A stretch of 56,578 nt of DNA from a virus (lineage: Duplodnaviria > Caudoviricetes): positions 1 to 56,578 of IMG/VR virus record IMGVR_UViG_3300030012_003637; one strand, written 5' to 3'. Numbering within the stretch: the first letter of the stretch is position 1; each line of letters starts with the position of its first letter. The notes under the pieces are model-generated. The model ran no database searches. It saw only the letters and a program-made list of their open reading frames with translations, and was not told the DNA's origin. This document shows positions 1 to 9,222 of the stretch, one piece after another. Position numbers and translations under genes: made by a program.

Positions 1-2
1 CT

Positions 3-152
3 GTCACCGTTAGATCTAAAGAACAAGGTGAAGAATGTTATTATGAAAAAGTAGGAGACTATTATATAGTTTACCGAAAGAGAGATAAAAAGGTTATGAA
101 ATCTATAAACTATTTCAGGCCTAATTTAAAACAATTTATTAAAAATGTATAA
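3..152 (+). CDS. Partial CDS (3' end), probable MazG-like/PRA-PH nucleotide pyrophosphohydrolase
   Basis: Open frame from the window edge ending ...YIVYRKRDKKVMKSINYFRPNLKQFIKNV*, resembling the C-terminus of phage MazG-like proteins; not in the ORF track. Confidence 0.4.
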   Translation, partial: VTVRSKEQGEECYYEKVGDYYIVYRKRDKKVMKSINYFRPNLKQFIKNV

Positions 153-510
153 ATACGGAGCAAAATTATTAAGAGTAGTTGATGGTGATACAGCAGATGT
201 CATGATCGACTTAGGATTTGATACTTGGGTAAAAGCAAGATTAAGATTCAAAGGTGTAGATACCTGGGAGAAAAGAACTAGAGATAAAGCAGAAAAAGCT
301 AAAGGATTATTAGCATCAGCATTTACTAAAGAACATTTAGAGAGAAACGATGGAAGTTTTACTATTCAGTCTTTCGGTAAAGGTAAGTATGGTAGAGTTT
401 TAGCAGAAATTTTTATAGAAGGAGAAGAAAAATCTCTTAATCAGTTATTAATAGAAAATGGTCACGCTTATGTTTATGAGGGTGGTACTAAACAAGTTTT
501 TAAAGGTTAA
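145..510 (+). CDS. Thermonuclease (SNase-like) family nuclease
   Basis: RVVDGDT, RLRFKGVDTWE, KYGRVLA and LNQLLIENGHA motifs. Confidence 0.8.
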   Translation: MYKYGAKLLRVVDGDTADVMIDLGFDTWVKARLRFKGVDTWEKRTRDKAEKAKGLLASAFTKEHLERNDGSFTIQSFGKGKYGRVLAEIFIEGEEKSLNQLLIENGHAYVYEGGTKQVFKG

Positions 511-512
511 TT

Positions 513-1424
513 ATGGCAGAAGTAAAAAATTATCAAGAAGTAGTAGATATAGCATCTAAACACTTAGGTAAAGTAGGAGGAGATGGGTATAAGGATACTT
601 ATGCTCCTGAATTATTAGTAAAAGTACCTCGATATTTAAATAGAGAAGGTTACGGATTAACTGATAAAGACTTTGTAGGAGTAGATACTTGGAACTGTTA
701 TGAAGTATCAGCTATTACTAATAAAGGATTACCTGTAGCTGGTATGTTAAAAATTGTATGTCCTTCTGATTCTCAATATCACGTAGAATCTAAATCTATT
801 AAATTATATTTAAATTCGTTTAATATGACTAGATTAGGAGATAATACAGTTGAATGTATTCTAGAGATCGAAGAAAGAGTAAAAGCTGATTTAGATAAGT
901 TACTTGAAACTAATACTACTGTAAGTTTTTATACGGATGAAGAAGACGGTAAAGCATTATCGTTTGAAGGTTATACAGATTTAGGAGATATAGTAGATTT
1001 AGATCAAATAGACTTTACAGCTTTTCAATCTGATGCTTCTCAGCTACTTATAGAAGATACTTCAGATACTCCAAAAGAAATAAAATTAAGATCTAACTTA
1101 TTAAGATCTAACTGTAGAGTAACTAATCAACCAGATTGGGGTGATGTATTTATTAGAATGAATGGTAAAAATTTACCAGCAGCAGATTCAGTAGCAAAGT
1201 ATATAGTATCTCATAGAACTGTAAGTCATTTTCATGAAGAGATATGTGAAATGGTTTTTAAGCACTTAATGGATGCATATAAGCCTGATGACCTAATGGT
1301 ATCATGTTTATATACTAGGAGAGGAGGTTTAGATATTAATCCTATTAGAGCTACTCATTCAAGATTTATTCCTGATTTCTTCACTGATACTGATTATAGA
1401 ATACAAAAAACTTTAAGACAATAA
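513..1424 (+). CDS. queF: NADPH-dependent 7-cyano-7-deazaguanine (preQ0) reductase, bimodular type
   Basis: ESKSIKLYLNSF QueF motif, catalytic LRSNCRVTNQPDWG, FHEEICE, YTRRGGLDINP. Confidence 0.93.
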   Translation: MAEVKNYQEVVDIASKHLGKVGGDGYKDTYAPELLVKVPRYLNREGYGLTDKDFVGVDTWNCYEVSAITNKGLPVAGMLKIVCPSDSQYHVESKSIKLYLNSFNMTRLGDNTVECILEIEERVKADLDKLLETNTTVSFYTDEEDGKALSFEGYTDLGDIVDLDQIDFTAFQSDASQLLIEDTSDTPKEIKLRSNLLRSNCRVTNQPDWGDVFIRMNGKNLPAADSVAKYIVSHRTVSHFHEEICEMVFKHLMDAYKPDDLMVSCLYTRRGGLDINPIRATHSRFIPDFFTDTDYRIQKTLRQ

Positions 1425-1681
1425 TGGCAAAAGAAACAATTGAATCCCCAGTACTTATCGCTGAAAGAGTTCCTCCTGGTGATAAATGGGAGTTAGTTAT
1501 AGATAAAGAAAATGTAATTGATGGCTTAGTACAAGCATTAACTCAATATATGCGTAAAACAAAATTTAAAGGTAACTATAGATTAGAACCTTTGAATGGT
1601 AAATTGTATGCTCTTGAAGAAGTAGAGTTAGATATAACTGAACCGGAACCAGAAAGGTTTGATCTATACGGTGAATACTAA
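1424..1681 (+). CDS. Hypothetical protein
   Basis: 85-aa ORF translationally coupled to queF. Confidence 0.65.
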   Translation: MAKETIESPVLIAERVPPGDKWELVIDKENVIDGLVQALTQYMRKTKFKGNYRLEPLNGKLYALEEVELDITEPEPERFDLYGEY

Positions 1682-2390
1682 TTTACATATAGAAGCTATT
1701 GGTACTAAAGAAGTAGCTATAGCACGTCAATTAAGGATGGGATCTTATTCATTAGATCTTTTGTTAAAAAATAATAGTAGTTTAGAATTTTTAACTGATG
1801 CAAAACGTTACATAGTTTTATTAAGAGATCCTATAAAAAGATTTAAAAGCGGCTATTATCACGAAGTTTACGTACATAGATTAAAAAATACAAATTTAAG
1901 AAGATTTTTTAATAACCCCCCTACTTGGAGTTTAACTAAAAGCAAAGATCCATTTTATAAAGAATTCATAAATGTTATGATTGAACTTCATCAATCAATA
2001 AGTACATTAATAGAATCACAGTTAATTTTTGATAAATATTTTAATATTAACTCTTGGGTTATTAGCGAGGATCAGAAGATATCTTATTCGTTAGAAGCTT
2101 TATCTGAATACAATAATGTATATTTTACAGATTTAAAAAATTTATCTAATCCTAAATTTTTAAATTACTTGAATTGGAGTAAAGTAAATGAAATTCCATT
2201 TCCTGAACTAAATAAAACTAAAGATTATTTTTGGGACTTTATAGATTTATTCTGGAAAGAGTATAAACAGGGAAAAATTACTGATAAAAAGCTAATAAAT
2301 CCTTTAGATTTTTATAAAGATTTTATAGATAAAGAACAAACTATAGTATCTAATATAGTAAAAAAACATAAAAATTGGTTGGAATTCTGA
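1659..2390 (+). CDS. Sulfotransferase-like protein (divergent)
   Basis: VLLRDPIKRFKS resembles the 3'-phosphate-binding motif; the 5'-PSB loop is degenerate (LRMGSYSL). Confidence 0.45.
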   Translation: MIYTVNTNLHIEAIGTKEVAIARQLRMGSYSLDLLLKNNSSLEFLTDAKRYIVLLRDPIKRFKSGYYHEVYVHRLKNTNLRRFFNNPPTWSLTKSKDPFYKEFINVMIELHQSISTLIESQLIFDKYFNINSWVISEDQKISYSLEALSEYNNVYFTDLKNLSNPKFLNYLNWSKVNEIPFPELNKTKDYFWDFIDLFWKEYKQGKITDKKLINPLDFYKDFIDKEQTIVSNIVKKHKNWLEF

Positions 2391-2409
2391 GTAATTCTTC
2401 TTATATTAA
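2378..2409 (+). promoter_or_regulatory. Early/host-sigma-type promoter (GTTG-N20-TATATT)
   Basis: GTTG gaattctgagtaattcttct TATATTAA; one of about 20 copies with a fixed 20-nt spacer. Confidence 0.75.
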
Positions 2410-2426
2410 GTTAATAAAACGGTTAT

Positions 2427-2858
2427 ATGGATAAAGTTCATCATTGGTTAGAAGAAGGGTTTACTCAAGCTGGTACCTTCTTTGTTTCCGGTAAATATAC
2501 TCAAGGTGTTGATGTAGAGTTTATAGTAGATAGAAAAGATTGGTATGTTCCTGGAGTATATATCTTTGCTGATAAAAAAGGTAACGTTCTTAAAATAGGA
2601 GAGAGTGGTAAACTTGCTGATAGATTCTTTAATCAATATAAATGTATTAGTAATACTACTAATAACCGTATTAGAGAAAGCTTAAAAGCTGATTACGAAA
2701 AGGTTCATTTTTTCTTCTACCCAGTTCCTCAAGCAACTGAAAATATAATGAATAGAGAGATTACTGGAGCTTTTCATAAACAGCTAGAAGAGCAATTGTT
2801 AAAAGAATATTGGAAAAATACTGGTAAACTTCCTGTTTGGAACGAAATGAGAAAATAA
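2427..2858 (+). CDS. GIY-YIG family nuclease
   Basis: PGVYIF...VLKIGES...LADRF pattern, with conserved E (LEEQL) and a PxWN terminus. Confidence 0.6.
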   Translation: MDKVHHWLEEGFTQAGTFFVSGKYTQGVDVEFIVDRKDWYVPGVYIFADKKGNVLKIGESGKLADRFFNQYKCISNTTNNRIRESLKADYEKVHFFFYPVPQATENIMNREITGAFHKQLEEQLLKEYWKNTGKLPVWNEMRK

Positions 2859-2861
2859 TAT

Positions 2862-5189
2862 ATGCAATTAGAAAAAAAATACTATACGGTTCAAGATTCC
2901 GATACGCTTAAGTTAATGTTTGAGCATATAAAAGACTGTGATATAATCGCTGTAGATACTGAAACTTCTGGTCTTAATCCTAGAAAGGATAAAGTAGTAG
3001 GTTGGTCTATATCTGGTGAAGAAGGAGTTGGTTTTTATATACCTACTTTGGTATGGAATTTTGATAAGGATGAATTAGAATTGCAGACTATAGATGGGAC
3101 TTCTACTGAAACTATTTCTAAAAACTTACTTAATAAACTAAAAGGAAAAAAATTAGTATTTCATAATGCATCGTTTGACTGTCAGTTTATAAAAAACTAC
3201 TACGGTGTTAATCTTATAGAAGATATATGGGTTGATACTGGATTGCTTGTTCATACTGTTTATGAAGAAGGAGCTTTTGGTTATGGTAGTCCTTTTGGTT
3301 TAAAGCCTATTGCTATAATGAATCAAGAGGCTTTAGGATTAGACGTTCAAGAAGCTGCTAATAAAGAGCAAGTAGAACTAAAGGAATCTATTAAAAAGAA
3401 TGGAGGCTCAGTTACTAAAGAGCTCTATGAAATATATAAAGCTGACTTGGATATACTTTCTAAATATGCTTCTGCCGATACAGATTTAACGTTACGTATT
3501 TGTAATCTTTATTTAAAGAAACTTAAAGAAGAAAAGATGGAAAAGTTTTTCTTCGAAGATGAGGTTATGCCTATATACAGAGAAGTAACTATTCCTATGG
3601 AATCTGCTGGAGTAGATCTTAATGTAGAGTTAATAGAAAAGACTCATACTGAAATATCTCAAGATCTTCTTAAGAATAAAGAAATAGTTATGAAATCTTT
3701 ATTAGCTTTACCTGAAGTTAAAAAATGGGTTGTAGATACTTCAATGTATAACTACCCTGTATCCCATAAAGGTAATTGGGCTCAGAATTTAGTAACTAGA
3801 TATTCTCTACCTTTACCTAAATCTGAAAAAACTGGTAAGTATTCTCTTACTCAAAAGAATATAGAAGAACTAGAAGATTCTAATGTTAAGGAGTTTTTGT
3901 TAACTGGTAATAAGGACTTAATAGATGATATTGAGAAAGCTAGGATATCTATGGCTCTATGGAAAGAATCTAACGATAATGAATATATTAATATACAGTC
4001 TAAGAAGCATTTAGGAGAAATAGTTTTTGACTATATGGGAGTTAAACCTAAAGTATCAGGTGCTAATACTAAATCTGGTAGAGCTAAGTTTGATATGAAT
4101 ATGGTTGAAGATTTATCTAAAGAGTATACTTGGGCTGAAAATCTAAGAATATATAATAAACTACTTAAGATTAAATCTACTTATGTTGATAGATTTAGAG
4201 ATAGAAATGAAGACGGTAAGTATTATTTTTATTTCAAGCAAAATGGTACTGTATCTGGTCGTTATGGATCTGATGCTCAACAGTTACCTAAACCTTTAGA
4301 GGAAGGAGAAGATGCTCCTATTATTATGAAATACGTTAATATAGTAAGAGCTTTCTTAGTAGCTGGTAAAGGTAGAAAAGTAATCGATGCTGATTATGAA
4401 TCTCTTGAACCTCATTGCTTTGCTTCAGTATCTGGAGATAAAAAACTTCAAGAGATATTTGATAACGGATGGGACTTTTATTCTTATGTAGCTATACAAA
4501 CTGAGAAGTTAGACGGAGTATCTGCTGATAAAAAAGCTGATAACTATCTTAAAAAGTTAGATCCAGTTAAAAGAAATAAAGCTAAAGCTTATTCGTTAGG
4601 AGTAGCATATGGAATGGAAGCTTATGCTCTAAAAATGACTTTAGGAGTAGATCAGAAAACTGCTGAAGGACTAATAAAAGGTTATCTAGATGGATTCCCT
4701 GGTCTTGCTAAATGGAGAGAAAACTCTCGTCAGCAAGTAAAAGATAATGGATTTATAAAAAACTATGTAGGTAGAATACGTCACTTACCTAGAGTTCAAA
4801 AGATATATTCTAAGTTTGGTGAGAAGATGATGGATTGGAGGTTTAGAAAAGACTTAGAAGCTCAAGGATATAAAAGAGATGATGTAATAAAAGTATATAG
4901 AGACTATCGTAATGGTTTAAATAACTGTCTTAACTTTCAGTTACAGTCATTAGCTGCTGCGGTAGTAAATAGAGCTGCAGTTGAAATTAATAGAGCTGCT
5001 AAAGAAAATAATATTGATGCCTATGTTCAGGCTCAAGTACATGACCAATTGATTATTAATGTGAGTGAGGATCAGGCAGAAGAGTTTGCTCCTATAGTTC
5101 AAAAGATTATGGAGACTACTACTCAACTGCCTGGGATTACTCTTAAGGCTCCGCCTGAGATAGCTAATAATTGGAGAGACGGTCATTAA
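2862..5189 (+). CDS. polA: DNA polymerase, family A (3'-5' exonuclease + polymerase)
   Basis: ExoI DTETSG, FHNASFD, YASAD; TVSGR; motif A DADYESLE, motif B KAKAYSLGVAYG, motif C QVHD. Confidence 0.95.
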   Translation: MQLEKKYYTVQDSDTLKLMFEHIKDCDIIAVDTETSGLNPRKDKVVGWSISGEEGVGFYIPTLVWNFDKDELELQTIDGTSTETISKNLLNKLKGKKLVFHNASFDCQFIKNYYGVNLIEDIWVDTGLLVHTVYEEGAFGYGSPFGLKPIAIMNQEALGLDVQEAANKEQVELKESIKKNGGSVTKELYEIYKADLDILSKYASADTDLTLRICNLYLKKLKEEKMEKFFFEDEVMPIYREVTIPMESAGVDLNVELIEKTHTEISQDLLKNKEIVMKSLLALPEVKKWVVDTSMYNYPVSHKGNWAQNLVTRYSLPLPKSEKTGKYSLTQKNIEELEDSNVKEFLLTGNKDLIDDIEKARISMALWKESNDNEYINIQSKKHLGEIVFDYMGVKPKVSGANTKSGRAKFDMNMVEDLSKEYTWAENLRIYNKLLKIKSTYVDRFRDRNEDGKYYFYFKQNGTVSGRYGSDAQQLPKPLEEGEDAPIIMKYVNIVRAFLVAGKGRKVIDADYESLEPHCFASVSGDKKLQEIFDNGWDFYSYVAIQTEKLDGVSADKKADNYLKKLDPVKRNKAKAYSLGVAYGMEAYALKMTLGVDQKTAEGLIKGYLDGFPGLAKWRENSRQQVKDNGFIKNYVGRIRHLPRVQKIYSKFGEKMMDWRFRKDLEAQGYKRDDVIKVYRDYRNGLNNCLNFQLQSLAAAVVNRAAVEINRAAKENNIDAYVQAQVHDQLIINVSEDQAEEFAPIVQKIMETTTQLPGITLKAPPEIANNWRDGH

Positions 5190-5194
5190 AATAT

Positions 5195-5336
5195 TGCCCA
5201 GTAGAGCAGTAGGTAGCTCACTCTGGCTTAACCCGGCGCGAAGCAGATCTTTAACGTGAAGTGAAGCTTGTAATACAATCGATCGTGAAAAGCAAAGGGG
5301 TTAGAGAGGTCGCAGGTTCGAGTCCTGCCTGGGTCA
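5195..5336 (+). ncRNA. tRNA-like RNA (initiator-tRNA-derived) with a 76-nt segment replacing the anticodon loop
   Basis: Acceptor GCCCAG/CTGGGT, D-arm GAGC-AGTAGGTA-GCTC, anticodon stem CTCTG/TAGAG, variable loop AGGTC, T-arm GCAGG-TTCGAGT-CCTGC; 5226-5301 fills the anticodon loop position. Confidence 0.75.
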
Positions 5337-5350
5337 ACTAAATATAAATT

Positions 5351-5503
5351 ATGGATTTTAGAATAGAACTTTTAGGAGACGGAGCCTTACTAGGCTTTAC
5401 ATACTTTGCTAAGAACGACAGGATAGAAGCATATGAAGAAGAAGATTGGAATGAATTAAACATCTACCTCGTTATAGCTAAAATAACATGGAGGTGGTGG
5501 TAA
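5351..5503 (+). CDS. Small hypothetical protein (50 aa)
   Basis: MDFRIELLGDGALLGFTYF...WRWW*; fills the gap before metK; not in the track. Confidence 0.6.
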   Translation: MDFRIELLGDGALLGFTYFAKNDRIEAYEEEDWNELNIYLVIAKITWRWW

Positions 5504-5513
5504 ATAGAAAATT

Positions 5514-6464
5514 ATGATAAGAACAGCAGAATGTATAACACCAAAGCATCCAGATAAGATATGTGATAGAATATCTGATGCTATTTTAGATGCTTGTTTG
5601 GAGCAAGATCCAAACTCAAGAGTTGCAATAGAAACAATGGGAGGTCATGGAATTATATCTGTGACAGGAGAGCTAACAACATCAGCTTATGTAGAAATAC
5701 CTGATATAGTTAGATCAGTATATGACGATGAAATAGGCATACAGGTAAATATAGTTAAACAGTCTCCTGAAATATCTCAAGGAGTAGATACTGGAGGAGC
5801 AGGAGATCAAGGAATAATGATAGGTTACGCATGTAATGAAAATGAAGAAATGGTTCCGGAAGAATATTATTTAGCTCGTAAACTATGTAAAGAAATATAT
5901 AAGAAATATCCTTTTGATGGTAAAACTCAAATAACTATTAATGAACATAACCAAATAAGGGTAGTAGCTTCTTTTCAAAATGCTCCTGCAGCAGAGTTAG
6001 GTAAGATTATTACTAACTTTTTTATGCCTACTAATTATTCAGTTATAGATGTACATTGTAATCCTGCTGGAGATTGGAATATAGGAGGATTTACAGCTGA
6101 TACTGGTTTAACTGGAAGAAAATTAGCAGTAGATAACTATGGACCTAGAATTCCTTTGGGAGGAGGTGCCTTTTCAGGTAAAGATTGTTCTAAAGTAGAC
6201 AGAAGTGCTGCATATGCTGCTAGAAAAGTAGCGGTAGATTATTTAAAAAAATATAATGCTAAAGAAGTTTACGTAACTCTAGCTTATGCTATTGGATATG
6301 ATCAACCTCTTCAAGCAACAGCTACAGTAGATGGCAAACAAATTATTATAGAAGATTATGATTTATCTCCTAATGGAATATGTTCTATGTTAGACTTAAA
6401 GAAGCCTATATTTAGTAAAACTGCTGAATGGGGACATATGGGAAATAACTTTAATTGGAAATAA
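5514..6464 (+). CDS. metK: S-adenosylmethionine synthetase
   Basis: HPDKICDRISD, GAGDQG, DTGLTGRK, GGGAFSGKD, KVDRSAAY. Confidence 0.95.
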   Translation: MIRTAECITPKHPDKICDRISDAILDACLEQDPNSRVAIETMGGHGIISVTGELTTSAYVEIPDIVRSVYDDEIGIQVNIVKQSPEISQGVDTGGAGDQGIMIGYACNENEEMVPEEYYLARKLCKEIYKKYPFDGKTQITINEHNQIRVVASFQNAPAAELGKIITNFFMPTNYSVIDVHCNPAGDWNIGGFTADTGLTGRKLAVDNYGPRIPLGGGAFSGKDCSKVDRSAAYAARKVAVDYLKKYNAKEVYVTLAYAIGYDQPLQATATVDGKQIIIEDYDLSPNGICSMLDLKKPIFSKTAEWGHMGNNFNWK

Positions 6465-6475
6465 TTTAATAAAAA

Positions 6476-6508
6476 GTTGGATATAAAAGAAAATTTATAT
6501 ATATTTAT
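6476..6508 (+). promoter_or_regulatory. Overlapping early (GTTG-N20-TATATT) and late (TATTTAT) promoter motifs for hsp20
   Basis: GTTG at 6476, TATATTTA at 6500, TATTTAT at 6502. Confidence 0.65.
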
Positions 6509-6518
6509 TAATATACAG

Positions 6519-6539
6519 AAGATTCGACTCGAGAGCGAT
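6519..6539 (+). repeat. 5' arm of a 21-bp long-range inverted repeat flanking hsp20
   Basis: AAGATTCGACTCGAGAGCGAT pairs with 7032-7052 (18 Watson-Crick + 3 G-U). Confidence 0.8.
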
Positions 6540-6588
6540 TTTTTATATATGTTAACCGAGAGCTTCGGCCTCACAAAATTAAAATGAT

Positions 6589-7026
6589 ATGAGTACATTA
6601 GAAATCTTTGAAAGGCATTTTAGTCCTTTCGACATCCTTTTTAGGAATCAATTCAAATCTGACAGCACATTTCAACCTGTTGGAAATTTTAAACAACCAC
6701 ATCCACTTAATATTTTTTACGATGACGCAGGACTTAACTTTGAAGTTGCCTGTACTGGTCTTACTAAAAAAGATATAGTATTAGATATTGAAGGGGATAT
6801 TTTAAAAATTAGTTATACTAAACCTTTTGAAGAAAGAGGTGATGATGGAGAAATCCATCCAGGAATGATCCATAACGGGTTATCTAAAAAATCATTTGAC
6901 TTAAGATATAAAATAGCACCTAAATTTGATTTAGGTAATATAGATGCTAAGTTAGTAAATGGTTTATTAGAGATCTTTATACCATTAGCTGAAGAAGCTA
7001 AACCAAAATCAATTAAAATTAAGTAA
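6589..7026 (+). CDS. Small heat shock protein (Hsp20/IbpA-like)
   Basis: Alpha-crystallin motifs: AKLVNGLLEIFIP and C-terminal PKSIKIK. Confidence 0.9.
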   Translation: MSTLEIFERHFSPFDILFRNQFKSDSTFQPVGNFKQPHPLNIFYDDAGLNFEVACTGLTKKDIVLDIEGDILKISYTKPFEERGDDGEIHPGMIHNGLSKKSFDLRYKIAPKFDLGNIDAKLVNGLLEIFIPLAEEAKPKSIKIK

Positions 7027-7031
7027 ATTTT

Positions 7032-7052
7032 ATTGCTCTCGAGTTGGATCTT
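7032..7052 (+). repeat. 3' arm of the 21-bp long-range inverted repeat flanking hsp20
   Basis: ATTGCTCTCGAGTTGGATCTT, complementary to 6519-6539; overlaps the GTTG box of the groES promoter. Confidence 0.8.
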
Positions 7053-7074
7053 AAGTATATTTTAGTTATATTAT
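7043..7074 (+). promoter_or_regulatory. Early-type promoter (groES-groEL)
   Basis: GTTG-N20-TATATTAT. Confidence 0.7.
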
Positions 7075-7090
7075 AATAAAAGAAAGTTAT

Positions 7091-7402
7091 ATGTCAAAAA
7101 CATTGCAACCCTCTAACGATAGAATACTCCTTAAACCTATAGATGAAGGAGAAAAAACTTACGGTAATATTGTTATACCCGATATGGGTAAAGAAAAACC
7201 TGAATTAGGTGAAGTATTAGCAGTAGGACCTGGAAGAATGTCTGAGTTCGGTCATATGATCTTAATCAGATCTTGTAAAGTTGGAGATCTCGTATTAGTA
7301 CCTAAAATCGGTACTTTAAGAATAGATTTTGAAGGAGAAGAGTATTATATTGCTCAAGATAAAGAAGTATTAGCAGTAGTAAAAGAATCAGATAATGAAT
7401 AA
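7091..7402 (+). CDS. groES: Co-chaperonin GroES
   Basis: LQPSNDRILLK, GNIVIPD...KEKP..GEVLAVGPG, VGDLVL. Confidence 0.95.
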   Translation: MSKTLQPSNDRILLKPIDEGEKTYGNIVIPDMGKEKPELGEVLAVGPGRMSEFGHMILIRSCKVGDLVLVPKIGTLRIDFEGEEYYIAQDKEVLAVVKESDNE

Positions 7403-9038
7403 AAAAATAACATTTTCAAAAGAAGCTAGAAATAGACTAGCTCATGGAGTTGATCAATTAGCAAATGCTGTAACATCAACGTTAGGACCTTCCGGAAGGA
7501 ATGTAATTATAGAACAAGATATGGGTAATCCTGTATCAACTAAAGATGGAGTAACTGTAGCTAAATCTATTACATTAAAAGGTAAGGTAGAAAATTTAGG
7601 AGCTCAAATAGTAAAGCAAGCAGCTATAAAAACAGCTGACTTTGCTGGAGATGGTACAACTACATCTACTCTATTAGCTCAAGAAATATTAAAAGAAGGT
7701 TTATCTAAAATGGATGATGGAAGTAATGCAGTCGATATCAAAAGAGGTATAGATAAAGCTTCAAAAGGAATCGTAGATTTACTCTATGAAAATTCTAAAG
7801 ATATTACTGATGAAGAGCAAATAAAGCAAATTGCTACTATATCAGCTAATAATGATAAAGAAGTTGGTGAGTTAATTTCAACAGCCATGGACAAGGTAGG
7901 TAGAGACGGAGTAGTTACAATAGAAGAGTCGAAAACAGGTGAGACATATTTGGAAACGGTAGAAGGAATGCAATTCGGCAGAGGTTATAAATCTCCGTAT
8001 TTTGTCACTGACAATAATTCTATGACATCTATTTTAAAAGATCCTTTTATCCTTATCGTAGATAAAAGACTTAATCAAGTCAAAGAGTTACTTCCTATCT
8101 TGGAGGCTGTTTCTCAACAAAATAAATCTTTATTAATTATAGCTGAAGACATAGATGGTGAAGCTTTATCTACTCTAGTAGTAAATAAAATGAGAGGTAT
8201 ATTAGCTTGTGCTGCTGTCAAAGCTCCTGATTTTGGAGATAGAAGAAAAGCTATCTTAGAAGATATAGCAGTATTGACTGGTGGTCAAGTAGTATCAACT
8301 GAAAAAGGTATGAGATTAGATAAGTTTGATTCTGCCTGGTTAGGTAAAGCTAATAAAGCAACAGTTTCAAAAGATACTACTACTATTATAGATGCTAAAG
8401 GTACTGAAGAAACTATAACCGAAAGAGTAGATCAAATCAAAACTATGATAGATGAATCTAATTCACCTTTCGAAAAAGAAAACTTACAGAATAGATTAGC
8501 TAAGTTTATTGGAGGAGTAGCAATAGTACATGTAGGAGGTCATACTGAAATAGAGATGAAAGAGAAAAAAGATAGAGTTGAAGATGCTTTACATGCTACT
8601 AAAGCAGCCTTAGAAGAAGGTATATTACCTGGAGGTGGTATAGCTTTACTTAATGCTGCTAATAAGTTACTCGATAAATTAGGCGATGTTACTAATAAAG
8701 ATGAACTTAAAGGTTACCATATAGTAATGAACGCTTGTGAAAGACCTTTCTTTAAGATCTTAGAAAATGCAGGTATCTCAGACTCTAATACAAAAAGTAT
8801 TGAAAGTAAAATTAGAGAAGAAGATACTCTTTGGGGAGGATATAATCCAAGAATATCTAAGCATGTAAATATGTTTGATGATGGTATTATAGATCCTACT
8901 AAAGTAACTAGATTAGCTCTAGAGAATGCAGCTTCTGTAGCTGGTACATTATTAATTACTGAAGCAGTAGTATCAAAAGGAAAAGAAAAAGAAAATCAAC
9001 AACCTGGAGGTGTAGATCCAAGCATGCTTTTAGGTTAA
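7395..9038 (+). CDS. groEL: Chaperonin GroEL
   Basis: [43 protein letters not shown]. Confidence 0.97.
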   Translation: MNKKITFSKEARNRLAHGVDQLANAVTSTLGPSGRNVIIEQDMGNPVSTKDGVTVAKSITLKGKVENLGAQIVKQAAIKTADFAGDGTTTSTLLAQEILKEGLSKMDDGSNAVDIKRGIDKASKGIVDLLYENSKDITDEEQIKQIATISANNDKEVGELISTAMDKVGRDGVVTIEESKTGETYLETVEGMQFGRGYKSPYFVTDNNSMTSILKDPFILIVDKRLNQVKELLPILEAVSQQNKSLLIIAEDIDGEALSTLVVNKMRGILACAAVKAPDFGDRRKAILEDIAVLTGGQVVSTEKGMRLDKFDSAWLGKANKATVSKDTTTIIDAKGTEETITERVDQIKTMIDESNSPFEKENLQNRLAKFIGGVAIVHVGGHTEIEMKEKKDRVEDALHATKAALEEGILPGGGIALLNAANKLLDKLGDVTNKDELKGYHIVMNACERPFFKILENAGISDSNTKSIESKIREEDTLWGGYNPRISKHVNMFDDGIIDPTKVTRLALENAASVAGTLLITEAVVSKGKEKENQQPGGVDPSMLLG

Positions 9039-9054
9039 ATTTAAATTAAATATT

Positions 9055-9222
9055 ATGGATAAACAAGAATTATTTGAACAAATTGAAGAGCAATTTATTA
9101 TTCTTCAAGAAGAAAATGGTAAATCAACTAAAGCTTCTCAAGCAAGAGCTAGAAAAGCAGCAGGTGAAATTAAAAAACTAATTACACCTTATAAGAAAGC
9201 GAATATGGAGGCAGTAAGATAG
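9055..9222 (+). CDS. Histone H1-like (Hc1-type) small basic protein, 55 aa
   Basis: MDKQELFEQIEEQF...KSTKASQARARKAAGEIKKLITPYKKANM; KAxxxRARK helix typical of Hc1-like proteins; not in the track. Confidence 0.7.
   Translation: MDKQELFEQIEEQFIILQEENGKSTKASQARARKAAGEIKKLITPYKKANMEAVR

Noticed and set aside
5195-5340. tmRNA or group I intron-containing tRNA-Leu(UAA)
   Set aside because: No G3-U70 alanine identity, a full D-arm is present, no tag ORF, the insert is only ~70 nt without P/Q/R/S core motifs, and there is no long variable arm.
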